Both the position numbers and the translations under genes were made by a program. Under the pieces are notes generated by a model that saw only the letters and a program-made list of their open reading frames with translations, was not told where the DNA came from and ran no database searches. 64,000 nucleotides of DNA from an uncultured Candidatus Saccharibacteria bacterium (GTDB taxonomy: Bacteria; Patescibacteriota; Dojkabacteria; J137): the NCBI GenBank assembly GCA_964437465.1, contig CAYTGI010000003.1, positions 5,731 to 69,730 on the forward strand. The letters run 5' to 3'. How positions within the stretch are numbered: the stretch's first letter is position 1; every line of letters starts with the position of its first letter. Below, in pieces: positions 10,465-20,047 of the stretch.

Positions 10465-11142
10465 ATGAAGATATTAGTAGTAGAAGACGAAGATACAATA
10501 CGAGAGGTCGAAAAAGCCTATCTTCTTAGAGCTGGCTTCAAGATAATTGAAGCAGAAGATGGTAAAGAGGCATTAGAGAAATTTAAAAACGATAAATTTG
10601 ACTTAGTACTGTTAGATCTAAATTTACCCTATATTGACGGTATAGAAGTTTGTAAAAAAATTAGGCAAACAAGTAATGTTCCTCTTATAATGGCTACAGC
10701 TAGAGTTGAGGAGATTGATGAAATTGTTGGTTTAGAGATAGGAGCAGATGATTATATTAAAAAACCTTTTTCTCCTTCTGTTCTTGTCGCAAGGGTTCAA
10801 TCTCTTTTAAGAAGATCAGGACACGAAGTGATAGAAATTCAAGGTCTAATTATTGACCCTGAGAAAATGCTCGTAAAAGTTGCCGAAAAAGAAGTTAATC
10901 TTACGACAACTCAGTTCAATATTCTATACACACTTGCAAGTAAACCCGGAAAGGTATTTACTAGAGATGAAATTTTAGATAAAGCATATGACGAAACACT
11001 TCCTAAAGACGTACTTGATAGGACTGTAGATGCTCATATTAAAAGTATTAGAAAAGCTATTGAGAAAAATCCGAAAAAACCTGAATTTGTAATTACTGTA
11101 ATTGGCAAGGGGTATAAATTTAATGAAGAAAAAAGTAACTAA
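10465..11142 (+). CDS. OmpR/PhoB-family response regulator
   Basis: ILVVEDE, LLDLNLP..DG, GADDYI.KPF, winged-helix RTVDAHI..TVIGKGY. Confidence 0.96.
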   Translation: MKILVVEDEDTIREVEKAYLLRAGFKIIEAEDGKEALEKFKNDKFDLVLLDLNLPYIDGIEVCKKIRQTSNVPLIMATARVEEIDEIVGLEIGADDYIKKPFSPSVLVARVQSLLRRSGHEVIEIQGLIIDPEKMLVKVAEKEVNLTTTQFNILYTLASKPGKVFTRDEILDKAYDETLPKDVLDRTVDAHIKSIRKAIEKNPKKPEFVITVIGKGYKFNEEKSN

Positions 11143-12322
11143 TACAAAAAACACATTTTTCAAAGAAGTTTATTCAGATTTTCTAAAGATTTCTAGAAAG
11201 ACAAGTGTAAAAATAGCAATAGTAGTATCTCTTGCAATGCTTACTCTTTTGGCTTTATTAAATTTAGTAGTTATAGAAAGAAGTAAAGATACTTTTGTAA
11301 ATGTTATTAAGACAATTACAATAGGTCCAGTTGATGGAGGTAATATAGTTTTAGAGAGGGAAGAAGTTAGGCAGTATAATATTCTCCATTTCTTTCAAGA
11401 TGGGACCGAAAGACCAACACCACTTCAAGAAGAATTTGTTGAGCAATTTCAGGCATCTTTAATAAGTGTTAGTTTGATCGCAATAGTTGTTTCATTGGTC
11501 ATCGGTTTTGTTTCCTCTCAGATTTTTACTAGGCCTTTAAGGTCCTTAAGCTCGGGTATGCGTAATTTAAGAAATAATGATTATAACCTAAGATTAAAAA
11601 ATATTGGTTCAGAAGAGTTTGATGAAGTAATCTGTGAGTTTAATAGACTTACAGATGAGCTATCTAAGGTTGAATCATTGAGAAAAGATTTAATTTCAGA
11701 CACCTCGCATGAACTTAAAACTCCAATAACAAGTTTACTTGGACAGTTAAACGGTATTAAAGAAGGTGTTTTTGAACTTGATGGAAAGAGAACAGACCTT
11801 CTAATAAATCAAGTAGAAAGATTAGCTGAAATAGTTAATAGACTTCAAGAATTTTCAAGAATACAAAGTAATCAGATAAAAATTAAAAAGAAAAGGATAG
11901 AATTCCTAACTTTTTTGAAAAATATTTTCTCTCAGTTTGAACAGGATTTAAAAAATAATAAGATTAAACAAAAATTTAATATTGATAAAGGCTTTGTTGT
12001 AAATGGAGATGAATACCTTCTCGAACAAGTTTTTTCAAACTTAATTCAAAATGCAATTAAATACTCAAAAGCAAGTAAAATTATAGTTACAGCAAATGAA
12101 AAATTAATTGAGTTTACTGATGATGGCATAGGAATTGCAGATACTGATAAGCCGTACATTTTTGAACGATTTTATAGAGTCGAAAAATCAAGAAATAGAA
12201 AAACAGGTGGTTTAGGTTTAGGCCTTGCTATTGTAAAAGAGATTGTAGAATCTCATGGATGGAAAATAAAAGTAAAAGATAATATTCCAAGAGGGACAAA
12301 GTTTATTATAAGCCTTCAATAA
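11123..12322 (+). CDS. HAMP sensor histidine kinase (BaeS-like)
   Basis: Two TMs, HAMP, SHELKTP, IFERFYRVEKSR, GGLGLGLAI. Confidence 0.94.
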   Translation: MKKKVTNTKNTFFKEVYSDFLKISRKTSVKIAIVVSLAMLTLLALLNLVVIERSKDTFVNVIKTITIGPVDGGNIVLEREEVRQYNILHFFQDGTERPTPLQEEFVEQFQASLISVSLIAIVVSLVIGFVSSQIFTRPLRSLSSGMRNLRNNDYNLRLKNIGSEEFDEVICEFNRLTDELSKVESLRKDLISDTSHELKTPITSLLGQLNGIKEGVFELDGKRTDLLINQVERLAEIVNRLQEFSRIQSNQIKIKKKRIEFLTFLKNIFSQFEQDLKNNKIKQKFNIDKGFVVNGDEYLLEQVFSNLIQNAIKYSKASKIIVTANEKLIEFTDDGIGIADTDKPYIFERFYRVEKSRNRKTGGLGLGLAIVKEIVESHGWKIKVKDNIPRGTKFIISLQ

Positions 12323-12334
12323 AATTAACCTGAA

Positions 12335-12356
12335 TTTCATACCAGTTTCATAAATA
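12335..12356 (+). promoter_or_regulatory. Second 11-bp-period TTTCATA direct repeat, putative response-regulator site
   Basis: TTTCATACCAG TTTCATAAATA; resembles the repeat at 10427. Confidence 0.45.
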
Positions 12357-12403
12357 TGTTTTAGTATTTATATTGTAAGGTATTATTTTTTAAATCCTTC
12401 TAT

Positions 12404-12910
12404 ATGAAAAAGAATAACATTATACAGATCACAGTAGTTTCAGCTGCAACAATTATAACTTTTACTGGTGCAACTTTAGTCATACCTAGAGCAGCTAAAG
12501 CAGAAGATTTAATTCCAAGTCAGACCCAAGTTCAGAGTTTTGAAGAGATAATTACTTCAGAGCCTAGAGCTCACAAAAAATATGACCATTTCTCTAAATT
12601 TCACGAAAATGGTATCAGAAATCATGCAAAAAGATTTGAAAAATGGAATCATAACAATGAGGTTTTAGAATATTTAGGTATAACTCGAACTGAAGCTCTT
12701 GAGGCAAGGATGAATGGAAAGAGTTTTAAGGATATTGCATTAGAAAAAGGGTTAGATGTTGAGGAGGTAGCTAATATATTTGAGGACAATCTTGTTGAGA
12801 AGTTAAACAAAAAGGTGGCTGATGGTAAATTAAGTACCCAAAGATATGAAAAAATAGTGAGTAATTTAGACGAATTAAAACAAAAATTTATAGAAGGGGA
12901 CTTTAATTAA
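12404..12910 (+). CDS. Secreted hypothetical protein
   Basis: Signal peptide ending AKA; YLGIT..E..EARMNGKSFKDIA.EKG helical repeat motif. Confidence 0.7.
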   Translation: MKKNNIIQITVVSAATIITFTGATLVIPRAAKAEDLIPSQTQVQSFEEIITSEPRAHKKYDHFSKFHENGIRNHAKRFEKWNHNNEVLEYLGITRTEALEARMNGKSFKDIALEKGLDVEEVANIFEDNLVEKLNKKVADGKLSTQRYEKIVSNLDELKQKFIEGDFN

Positions 12911-12927
12911 GTATTCTTAATCATAAT

Positions 12928-12958
12928 AAAAAAGAGAGCATATTGCTCTCTTTTTTTT
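12928..12958. terminator. Bidirectional intrinsic terminator
   Basis: AAAAAAGAGAGCA-TAT-TGCTCTCTTTTTTTT between convergent genes. Confidence 0.88.
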
Positions 12959-12971
12959 GATTTAGTTCTAC

Positions 12972-13283
12972 TTACAAGAATGATATTGCAAGACCAATAA
13001 TAACCCCAACTAATAGAGCTACAATAGTAACTAGCAAATACTCACCCCCAGTATCAATTGATTTAAGTCCGTAATCAATTTTTTTAAGAACATTTGTGCT
13101 TTTCTTATCATCATCATTATGTGTATCAGCTTTTGGCTCATCCACTGCTCCCCCTGGAGTAATTGGTCTAATAACAGGTTTTGTTCCAACAGAAGATGAT
13201 GGAACGGACGCAATTTTTTCTTTACTTTCAGCATTGTCTTGACTTGTTCCGCTTGGAGCTAATGTTGTATTTAGTTTTTCCAT
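12972..13283 (-). CDS. Hypothetical tail-anchored membrane protein
   Basis: Disordered N-terminus plus C-terminal TM helix. Confidence 0.6.
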   Translation of the reverse strand: MEKLNTTLAPSGTSQDNAESKEKIASVPSSSVGTKPVIRPITPGGAVDEPKADTHNDDDKKSTNVLKKIDYGLKSIDTGGEYLLVTIVALLVGVIIGLAISFL

Positions 13284-13344
13284 TTATGTAATTTTTTACC
13301 TTATATATTCTTACATTTATAAAAAATGAAGTCAAAGCATATAT

Positions 13345-13533
13345 TTAGTTTGAAGTAGCAATGAAATCGAAAAATATTGACCTTTTTATTATTTCATTTA
13401 TATTACAAACACGTTCAAAACATCCATCTTCATTACATAAATCGCAGGGGTCTGAGATTATGAAACCATAAGGAAAAAATAGCATACAAAGTAGGAGTAT
13501 AATTCCTATTATTACATATTTTATTTTTCTCAT
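13345..13533 (-). CDS. Small Cys-rich membrane/secreted protein
   Basis: N-terminal TM, C-x2-C-x4-C-x4-C; start overlaps the restored upstream stop (ATGA). Confidence 0.5.
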   Translation of the reverse strand: MRKIKYVIIGIILLLCMLFFPYGFIISDPCDLCNEDGCFERVCNINEIIKRSIFFDFIATSN

Positions 13534-13954
13534 GTTAGACCAACTATAATAGCCATGCCAAGAGTACTTACTAATTCATGGGACATATTAAATAAATATA
13601 ATTTTTTACTTCGCCCCCCCAGATAACAGGGTTTAAACTTCCCATGGCTATAAAGCCAAACCAACTAATTATGGCTACAAAGAGTGTTAGAACTACATTA
13701 TCTAGTTCTTCTACATTTTGACCTGTATATGATATGAATAAAGCTAATGCAATTGCTGTAACTAATGCTTTAATCATTGATAAGATATAATCTAATGGAG
13801 AAGATTCTAAATCTTCAATCTTTTTACCTATTAAACCCATCCAGTAATTTCCAAATACTTTAGGATTAAACCATATCATTCCTAAAATAGTATTAAAAAC
13901 AACTGCTAGAACTAGGCCAATAACACTTATCTCAGCACCCAGTAGTTCAATCAT
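13530..13954 (-). pseudogene. DUF1761-like membrane protein frameshifted at a G7 tract
   Basis: GMIWF.PKVFG..WM motif; one extra G at 13614-13620 restores WGGRSKKLYLFN...MAIIVGLT ending at TGA 13530. Confidence 0.75.
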
Positions 13955-13995
13955 AATTAAATTTTAATAAATATGTAATATTCTACTAAAAATAT

Positions 13996-16248
13996 TTAAT
14001 TACCTCCAAAATACTGCCATATAGCTTCTTTCACTTTTTCATCAGGAAATTGATAAATATAGTGAACCTGAACTTCACTAGTTTCAGAATTTATGCTCTG
14101 TCTTCTGACTATATCTTGATTGCTAGGTTCTCTTTCTTTTATTAGCCAGTTTTCCCTTATTCCAATACAAGATCCTGAACAGTTTGTTATTCCTCCACCA
14201 TAATATACGTTTTCTGGTTTTTCAAAAGGGGTTTTGGTTTGGAAATAGCTTGAAGATGAATCTATTTCTTTCATATAGTTTTTAAGCCAAGGAGCTATTG
14301 TAAATGCAGGCCAACCATATAATTGACTCATTGGTTCGTTATTATTGTTACCTGCCCAACCTAAGGTTACAAAATCTGGTGAATAAACTATTAAGAATGA
14401 ATCCTTATTCTCTTGTGTTGTTCCAGTTTTCCCAGATATGTCTCTATCATCCCAAGCAATTCGATCACCAGTACCAACATCTAAGTTCTTCAACGACTGG
14501 TTTAATAAATATACTGCTTCAGTATCAGCAATTTTTTTTGGATTAGGCTCTTTTTCGTAGATAATTTTTCCCTCTGAATCTTCAATTTTTAAAATAGGAT
14601 CTATTTCTACATACTCTCCTCCATTTGCAAATACTGAATACGCTCCAGCATGCTCAATAGGATATATATCACCTCCACCAAGAATTAGGGAAATTCCATA
14701 ATTTTGAACATCATTGTATGTTGTATAACCGAAAGCTTTTGAGGTTTCAATATATTCCTCTACTCCTATCATGTGCATAATAATTAGTGCGGGTATATTT
14801 CTAGATTCTCTAAGCATTCTCTCAGCATAAGCATTATATGTTCCTAAAAATTTAGAGTCCCAGTTCTTAGGGATATAATCTCCAAAAGATATAGGTATAT
14901 CAGGTAAGAAACTTCCAGGAGCTAGTAAGCTCTTTGAATAGGCTATATAATAACCTAGTGGTTTGTTAGTTGAGCCAGGAGATTGTAATGAAGTTAGAAT
15001 ATTAACCTCAGGATTGTATTTACAATTATTTCCTTTTTCATCACAGCCTATGTTACCTCCCTCAAATGATCTAGAACCACTCATTGTAATTATATCTCCT
15101 GTTTTTGGTATGATAGTCATTAATGCAGCGTTATATGCATTATATTTCTCATTATTGATAGAGGCGTTTAATGTGTACTCCTCTGCTTTTCTTTGAAGTT
15201 CGTAATCTAGTGTTGTATATATTTTATATCCGCCAGTTTGTAGATCGTCTAATGCAAATGGTTCTAACCCATTCTTATAATTTCTTTTTTGCAGTTGTTC
15301 TACAACATAATTTACAAAATGTCCCGATTTAATTTCTAGTTTTGGAGATTTATAATTTACTTGCTCTTTATAGGCACTGATTATTTTCTCAGGTGTTATT
15401 AAGTTTTCATCTTTGTAGCCTAGTAGTTGAAGTTGTGCATTAATAATTGAATGTTTTTGAAGCAACTGGGTATACACATATTCTTTTCTTTCTTCTAGGA
15501 GTTGTAGAGATAACTCATTATTTGAACTAATAGTTGGTGACAATTGTACAGGATCGTTAACAATTGCTGATAAAACTATTGATTCTGAGAAGCTTAAATC
15601 TGAAACATTCTTACCAAAGTAAAAGTCAGCAGCAGTTTTAATACCAATAATATTTGATCCATATGGTGTGATGTTGAAATATAGCTCCATCAAGCTTTCT
15701 TTTGGAAAATCTTTATCAATTCTAGAGGCAGTAAATATCTCCTCCACCTTTCTTGATATTGTAGGATCGTTTTTTTTAGTTAAAATTTTAACTATTTGTT
15801 GAGTGATGGTGCTTCCTCCGCATTTTTGATCAGTTGATACAGTTTTAATTGAGCATCTTACTATTGCATCAGCCCTGTAACCATCGTGAATAAAGAAAGT
15901 ACTATCCTCTGCAGCAAGAAAAGCAGCAATAGTATATGAATTTATCTCATTAAAAAATACTCTATCACTGTTGCTAAAGTCATTATGTAATCGAAATAAG
16001 CTTTCTCCTTTTCGATCATAGATTTCAGAAGCATAAGGGACTTCTGAAATTAAAGACTCAACATCAGGTATGGCTCTAGATCTCTCTTTTAAAAAATCAA
16101 GAACTAAAATAGATGAAATCTGTATTGTTAATATAGAGCTGACTATTAAAACTAAGATAATTAAGAATACTTTAGTATTTCTCTTTTTCCTTTTTGTTGG
16201 TTTTTTAAGCTGTGAAACTTTAGCAATACTTAAAGTTTGCTCAATCAT
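13996..16248 (-). CDS. Class A penicillin-binding protein (transglycosylase-transpeptidase)
   Basis: AAED..F..HDG, GGSTITQQ, RKVEE; PGSTNK, SRN, KTGT. Confidence 0.94.
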   Translation of the reverse strand: MIEQTLSIAKVSQLKKPTKRKKRNTKVFLIILVLIVSSILTIQISSILVLDFLKERSRAIPDVESLISEVPYASEIYDRKGESLFRLHNDFSNSDRVFFNEINSYTIAAFLAAEDSTFFIHDGYRADAIVRCSIKTVSTDQKCGGSTITQQIVKILTKKNDPTISRKVEEIFTASRIDKDFPKESLMELYFNITPYGSNIIGIKTAADFYFGKNVSDLSFSESIVLSAIVNDPVQLSPTISSNNELSLQLLEERKEYVYTQLLQKHSIINAQLQLLGYKDENLITPEKIISAYKEQVNYKSPKLEIKSGHFVNYVVEQLQKRNYKNGLEPFALDDLQTGGYKIYTTLDYELQRKAEEYTLNASINNEKYNAYNAALMTIIPKTGDIITMSGSRSFEGGNIGCDEKGNNCKYNPEVNILTSLQSPGSTNKPLGYYIAYSKSLLAPGSFLPDIPISFGDYIPKNWDSKFLGTYNAYAERMLRESRNIPALIIMHMIGVEEYIETSKAFGYTTYNDVQNYGISLILGGGDIYPIEHAGAYSVFANGGEYVEIDPILKIEDSEGKIIYEKEPNPKKIADTEAVYLLNQSLKNLDVGTGDRIAWDDRDISGKTGTTQENKDSFLIVYSPDFVTLGWAGNNNNEPMSQLYGWPAFTIAPWLKNYMKEIDSSSSYFQTKTPFEKPENVYYGGGITNCSGSCIGIRENWLIKEREPSNQDIVRRQSINSETSEVQVHYIYQFPDEKVKEAIWQYFGGN

Positions 16249-16484
16249 AATATTTGATTGTATTTTGTTGATAAGTTATCCCTTAATTTAGATTAAGGAT
16301 GAGCGACTCATTCTGAGCCTTAAGCTAGACTTATTCAGGGTCGATAAATGTATCATTTAAGTTGTCGACATTATTAATTAATATGTCAACGAAGCTATAC
16401 TTAAATCTACATTAAGTTATTTATAACTGCAAGGGGATTTTAATAAATTAAGCGTAAAATTTTTACGTAACATCTGGGGACTTG

Positions 16485-16838
16485 TTATTCTAACCCTTTT
16501 TGTGTAAGTAGATTTTTGACATCTTCCTTCCATTTAAAAGTTTCTTTTGTATTTGCTTCAACAAAAACTGCATATTTGTCTAAGAAAGCTTGTAGCTTCT
16601 CAGACCCGCTTCTGGTGATGAATTGGTATGGCTTAACACCAGTTATACTATATTTACCTTCTACTCCCTTAAGTCGCAAATCAGTTAACTTTGATTTGAC
16701 TTCTTTTTTGATATCAGTTGGCATTTCTTTAATAATAGAAACCCAGAACTGGTGGATTCTATTTTGTTTATTAGCAGTAATTCGATAGTCTTCGAATTCC
16801 TCAGCTTTTACAAATAAATATTTAATATTCATATTCAT
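16485..16838 (-). CDS. Hypothetical protein
   Basis: 117-aa ORF preceded by TGaTAAAAT. Confidence 0.55.
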   Translation of the reverse strand: MNMNIKYLFVKAEEFEDYRITANKQNRIHQFWVSIIKEMPTDIKKEVKSKLTDLRLKGVEGKYSITGVKPYQFITRSGSEKLQAFLDKYAVFVEANTKETFKWKEDVKNLLTQKGLE

Positions 16839-16919
16839 TCAGATTTTATCATATTATTCCAAATCTGAATTGTTATCACACCTTTATTATGGTAGATTTT
16901 GAATAAATAGATCAAATAA

Positions 16920-18245
16920 ATGGGAATAAGGCTAAAAGTTGTTCTTACAAATTTCACAATATACCTTATCTATATGCTTATCGCGATAGGTATTGTTTCT
17001 GTATTTATTAGGGAAGAATTAAAAAAAGCAGCTCAGGAACAGAATATTGTCCTTGTAGAATCAGTAAATAATGTTTTTCTTAAGGATCTCTTGCTTTCTG
17101 AGTCTACAGTTGAGTTTTTATCTAATGATTCAAGGGTAAGTGAGTTTATATCTAACCAAACTATAGAGAGTACAAACAGAGTTGAAGATTTAATATTAGA
17201 AAATGTATCTAACATCCCTGGGCATGATTTTACTTATATTTTAGACACTGATGGACTAACAATATTCTCAACTGATTCAAGACTATTATATAATAACTAC
17301 TCATTTAGAGAATATTTTACAAATGCAATTGAGGGGGAAAGTGGGGCTTCTGTAGCTGTTGGAGTAACTACTAATGAACCAGGATTTTATTTCTCAAGTC
17401 CAATTTATGAGGAAGGAGATAGAGATACAATTATTGGTGTTTTGGTTATGAAATTTAATCCTTCTAATTTTTTTGATAGTGTTAACGAAACTCTTGATCT
17501 TGGTAAAAGTAGCCAAGTATCGATAGTGGATAAAAGAGGAATAATTTTCTTCTCTAGCCATAAGGAAAAACTATATAGCTTTTTAGGGCAACCTGGAGAA
17601 GGCATTATTCAAGAGACAAATGAGAAAAGGGTTTTGAACGAGCTTCCTATTAAAAGTCTAAATTATAATGACGCTCAAAACTATGTCACACACAGTGCTT
17701 CCGGTCTATTTCAGGTAAGGTCTCAAGATAATCCTAATAGTTTTTATACTATTCTAAAAGTTGATGATTATCCTTTCTTTATTTTCTCTTCCTTTAATAT
17801 TGGTGCGGTAGATTCAGCGTTACAAAATCTTTTATTAATTGTAATTTCAATAGTTCCAATACTTTTAATTGTTGGCGCGATTCTTACCACCTATATGACA
17901 ACTAAACAGCTAAAAAAACTTGATGAATTTATCAATATTACTACTGATGCAGCAAAGCGAAGGGCTAAAGTAGTAACAAACGAAATTGATCAAAGTGGTC
18001 AGAAGTTTGTAGAAAATTATAATAAGCTTATAGATGAGTATAACTCGTTGAAAGATAGCTTCGAGGGTGATTTAACTGACAAATTTAATAAATATATTGC
18101 TGAAATAGAAAGTCTTCAAGAAATTAATAAAACTTTGAGGGATAGACTGGACAATAAAATGGACTTGGATTCAAGACTTGGTAAGTATTTTGATGAAGAT
18201 ATTTTAGACAATGAAGATGTTGACTTAGAAAAAAAGGACATTTAG
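16920..18245 (+). CDS. Cache-domain membrane sensor with no output domain
   Basis: TM-dCache (NYSFREYF..A..G, GVTT.EPGFYFSSPI)-TM-coiled coil; no kinase or GGDEF motifs. Confidence 0.8.
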   Translation: MGIRLKVVLTNFTIYLIYMLIAIGIVSVFIREELKKAAQEQNIVLVESVNNVFLKDLLLSESTVEFLSNDSRVSEFISNQTIESTNRVEDLILENVSNIPGHDFTYILDTDGLTIFSTDSRLLYNNYSFREYFTNAIEGESGASVAVGVTTNEPGFYFSSPIYEEGDRDTIIGVLVMKFNPSNFFDSVNETLDLGKSSQVSIVDKRGIIFFSSHKEKLYSFLGQPGEGIIQETNEKRVLNELPIKSLNYNDAQNYVTHSASGLFQVRSQDNPNSFYTILKVDDYPFFIFSSFNIGAVDSALQNLLLIVISIVPILLIVGAILTTYMTTKQLKKLDEFINITTDAAKRRAKVVTNEIDQSGQKFVENYNKLIDEYNSLKDSFEGDLTDKFNKYIAEIESLQEINKTLRDRLDNKMDLDSRLGKYFDEDILDNEDVDLEKKDI

Positions 18246-18375
18246 TCTATTTCTGCCTATTAACTTCATAAATGAAAAAAAGAACATTATTAATAATAAC
18301 TCCCTCTTATTCTACTGTTACTCAATAAAAAACACAATCTTCAATACTACTATAACTATATTTGAATGGTAAAAA

Positions 18376-18448
18376 AGCAGATGACGAGGCTCGAACTCGC
18401 AACCTCTTCCTTGGCAAGGAAGCGTTCTACCAATTGAACTACATCTGC
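18376..18448 (-). tRNA. tRNA-Gly(GCC)
   Basis: GCAGATG/CATCTGC acceptor, CTTCC-TTGCCAA-GGAAG anticodon arm, TTCGAGC T-loop. Confidence 0.96.
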
Positions 18449-18544
18449 TCTTACAGAATATTCTCTTCGTGAATTATATCAGATTTTGTAATTTTCAAGT
18501 TTTTAAAAGTTACACTAAAGACCATTTTTATCTATACTATATCT

Positions 18545-20047
18545 ATGAAGTTAAGTAATACATTTTTTTACATCTTTTGTGTAGTAATGATATTCATTTC
18601 TTCTGCTCTACTTCTATTTATTATTAGAAATATTTTTGTCATTTCAAATGCTCAAGAGGTAGTTTATATTCCACTAGATAGTGAAGTAGCAGTTTCATTT
18701 ATAGGTTCAGAAGTTGAAATCAACCCTTTTGTTTACATTAAGATGATTGATAATAATGGAACATACATAAATCCAGGTAGTTTAATGCCAAAGAGTTACA
18801 CTTATGAGGTAAATGAAGAACTATTGTTTAGAAATTTCGGAATTAATCTAGGTAATCAAAACTTTGCTCAAATTGATGAATCAAATAGAGTTATAAATTG
18901 TGAGAATGATACATATTACTTCGTAATAGATGAACAAAATTTTACAAAAGATCTACTAGATAATTTATCAAACGGGGTTAATTCTATAGAGCTATCGAAA
19001 TATATAGCTGAAGGGGAAACTGAAATGTTAGAGGTCTGTAAGAAATTTAACTCAGAAATAATTCAGATTAGCACAACACTTGAAAATAGTATTGGACTAG
19101 ATAAGACTTCAGTAAATAGTTATATCGGTCTATTTAATGAAAAGAATGATTATATATGGGATATATATAATCACAGTTTATTTGATTCTTATATTACCAA
19201 AGCAAAAGAAAAGTTTACCGTTGCTCCTTTCCCGGGTGCTTTTGAAGAGTTTGACAACTTTGTAGCTATTTATGTAAAACCCATAAACGGCAAAGAGATT
19301 AACGTTGAAAAAACTAAAGATAAAATCTCTAGATGGCTAAACAATAGAAATTCGATAATAGCTTTAGAATTTGACTCAGTTAATATTAATAGGAACTTTA
19401 ATAACAAGCCTGTTTACGACTTAACTAATTTAGTCGGTTCTGGGCAAACTAGAATAGATTTAATTAGGGATGGACAGGGTAATTCTGCTGTATATTTCGC
19501 AGAGCTGGGGTTAGAAGAAGTTCAGAAAGTAATAATTATGCCTGGTGAAGAGTTTTCTTATCTAAAGCAGATAGCTAAACAGCCTGGCTTAAATAGAACG
19601 GCTAGTGGAAGGTTAATTGGTATGGGATATTGCAATTCAACAACAACAATATTTAGAGCAGCTTTAGAAACTGGCTTACCAATAACTGATCGATCCTCTC
19701 ATGGAACAAATATTGCATCTTATGATTGGGGGTATCCAATGAATATTGTAGATTCCACATTTTATGCAGTTGAGGGATCTGAAATTGATTTAAAATTTAT
19801 TAATGACTTTGATTACCCAATTATGCTTTACTATGAAAAGGAGCAAGATGAAAATAATTTTCAGTATCATTACGTTCACATTTTTACCAGCTCAGAAGCT
19901 CAAAAAAGAAAGGTAGAACTATACGATTGGCGAAAATGGGGAGTTTATTCTCCTACACATTTCCAGGCTGAATTCAAAAGAAGAGTATGGGAAAATAATA
20001 ATGTAAAACTCGAGGATAGCTTTTTTAGTAGATATATAGATAGATAA
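18545..20047 (+). CDS. VanW-family protein
   Basis: I.PGEEFSY, GMGYCNSTTTIFRAALETGLPITDRSSH, DLKFIND. Confidence 0.82.
   Translation: MKLSNTFFYIFCVVMIFISSALLLFIIRNIFVISNAQEVVYIPLDSEVAVSFIGSEVEINPFVYIKMIDNNGTYINPGSLMPKSYTYEVNEELLFRNFGINLGNQNFAQIDESNRVINCENDTYYFVIDEQNFTKDLLDNLSNGVNSIELSKYIAEGETEMLEVCKKFNSEIIQISTTLENSIGLDKTSVNSYIGLFNEKNDYIWDIYNHSLFDSYITKAKEKFTVAPFPGAFEEFDNFVAIYVKPINGKEINVEKTKDKISRWLNNRNSIIALEFDSVNINRNFNNKPVYDLTNLVGSGQTRIDLIRDGQGNSAVYFAELGLEEVQKVIIMPGEEFSYLKQIAKQPGLNRTASGRLIGMGYCNSTTTIFRAALETGLPITDRSSHGTNIASYDWGYPMNIVDSTFYAVEGSEIDLKFINDFDYPIMLYYEKEQDENNFQYHYVHIFTSSEAQKRKVELYDWRKWGVYSPTHFQAEFKRRVWENNNVKLEDSFFSRYIDR

Noticed and set aside
18376-18448. Nesting of tRNA-Gly (and tRNA-Arg at 47541)
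   Set aside because: Flanks show no extended acceptor helix and no tRNA fragments.
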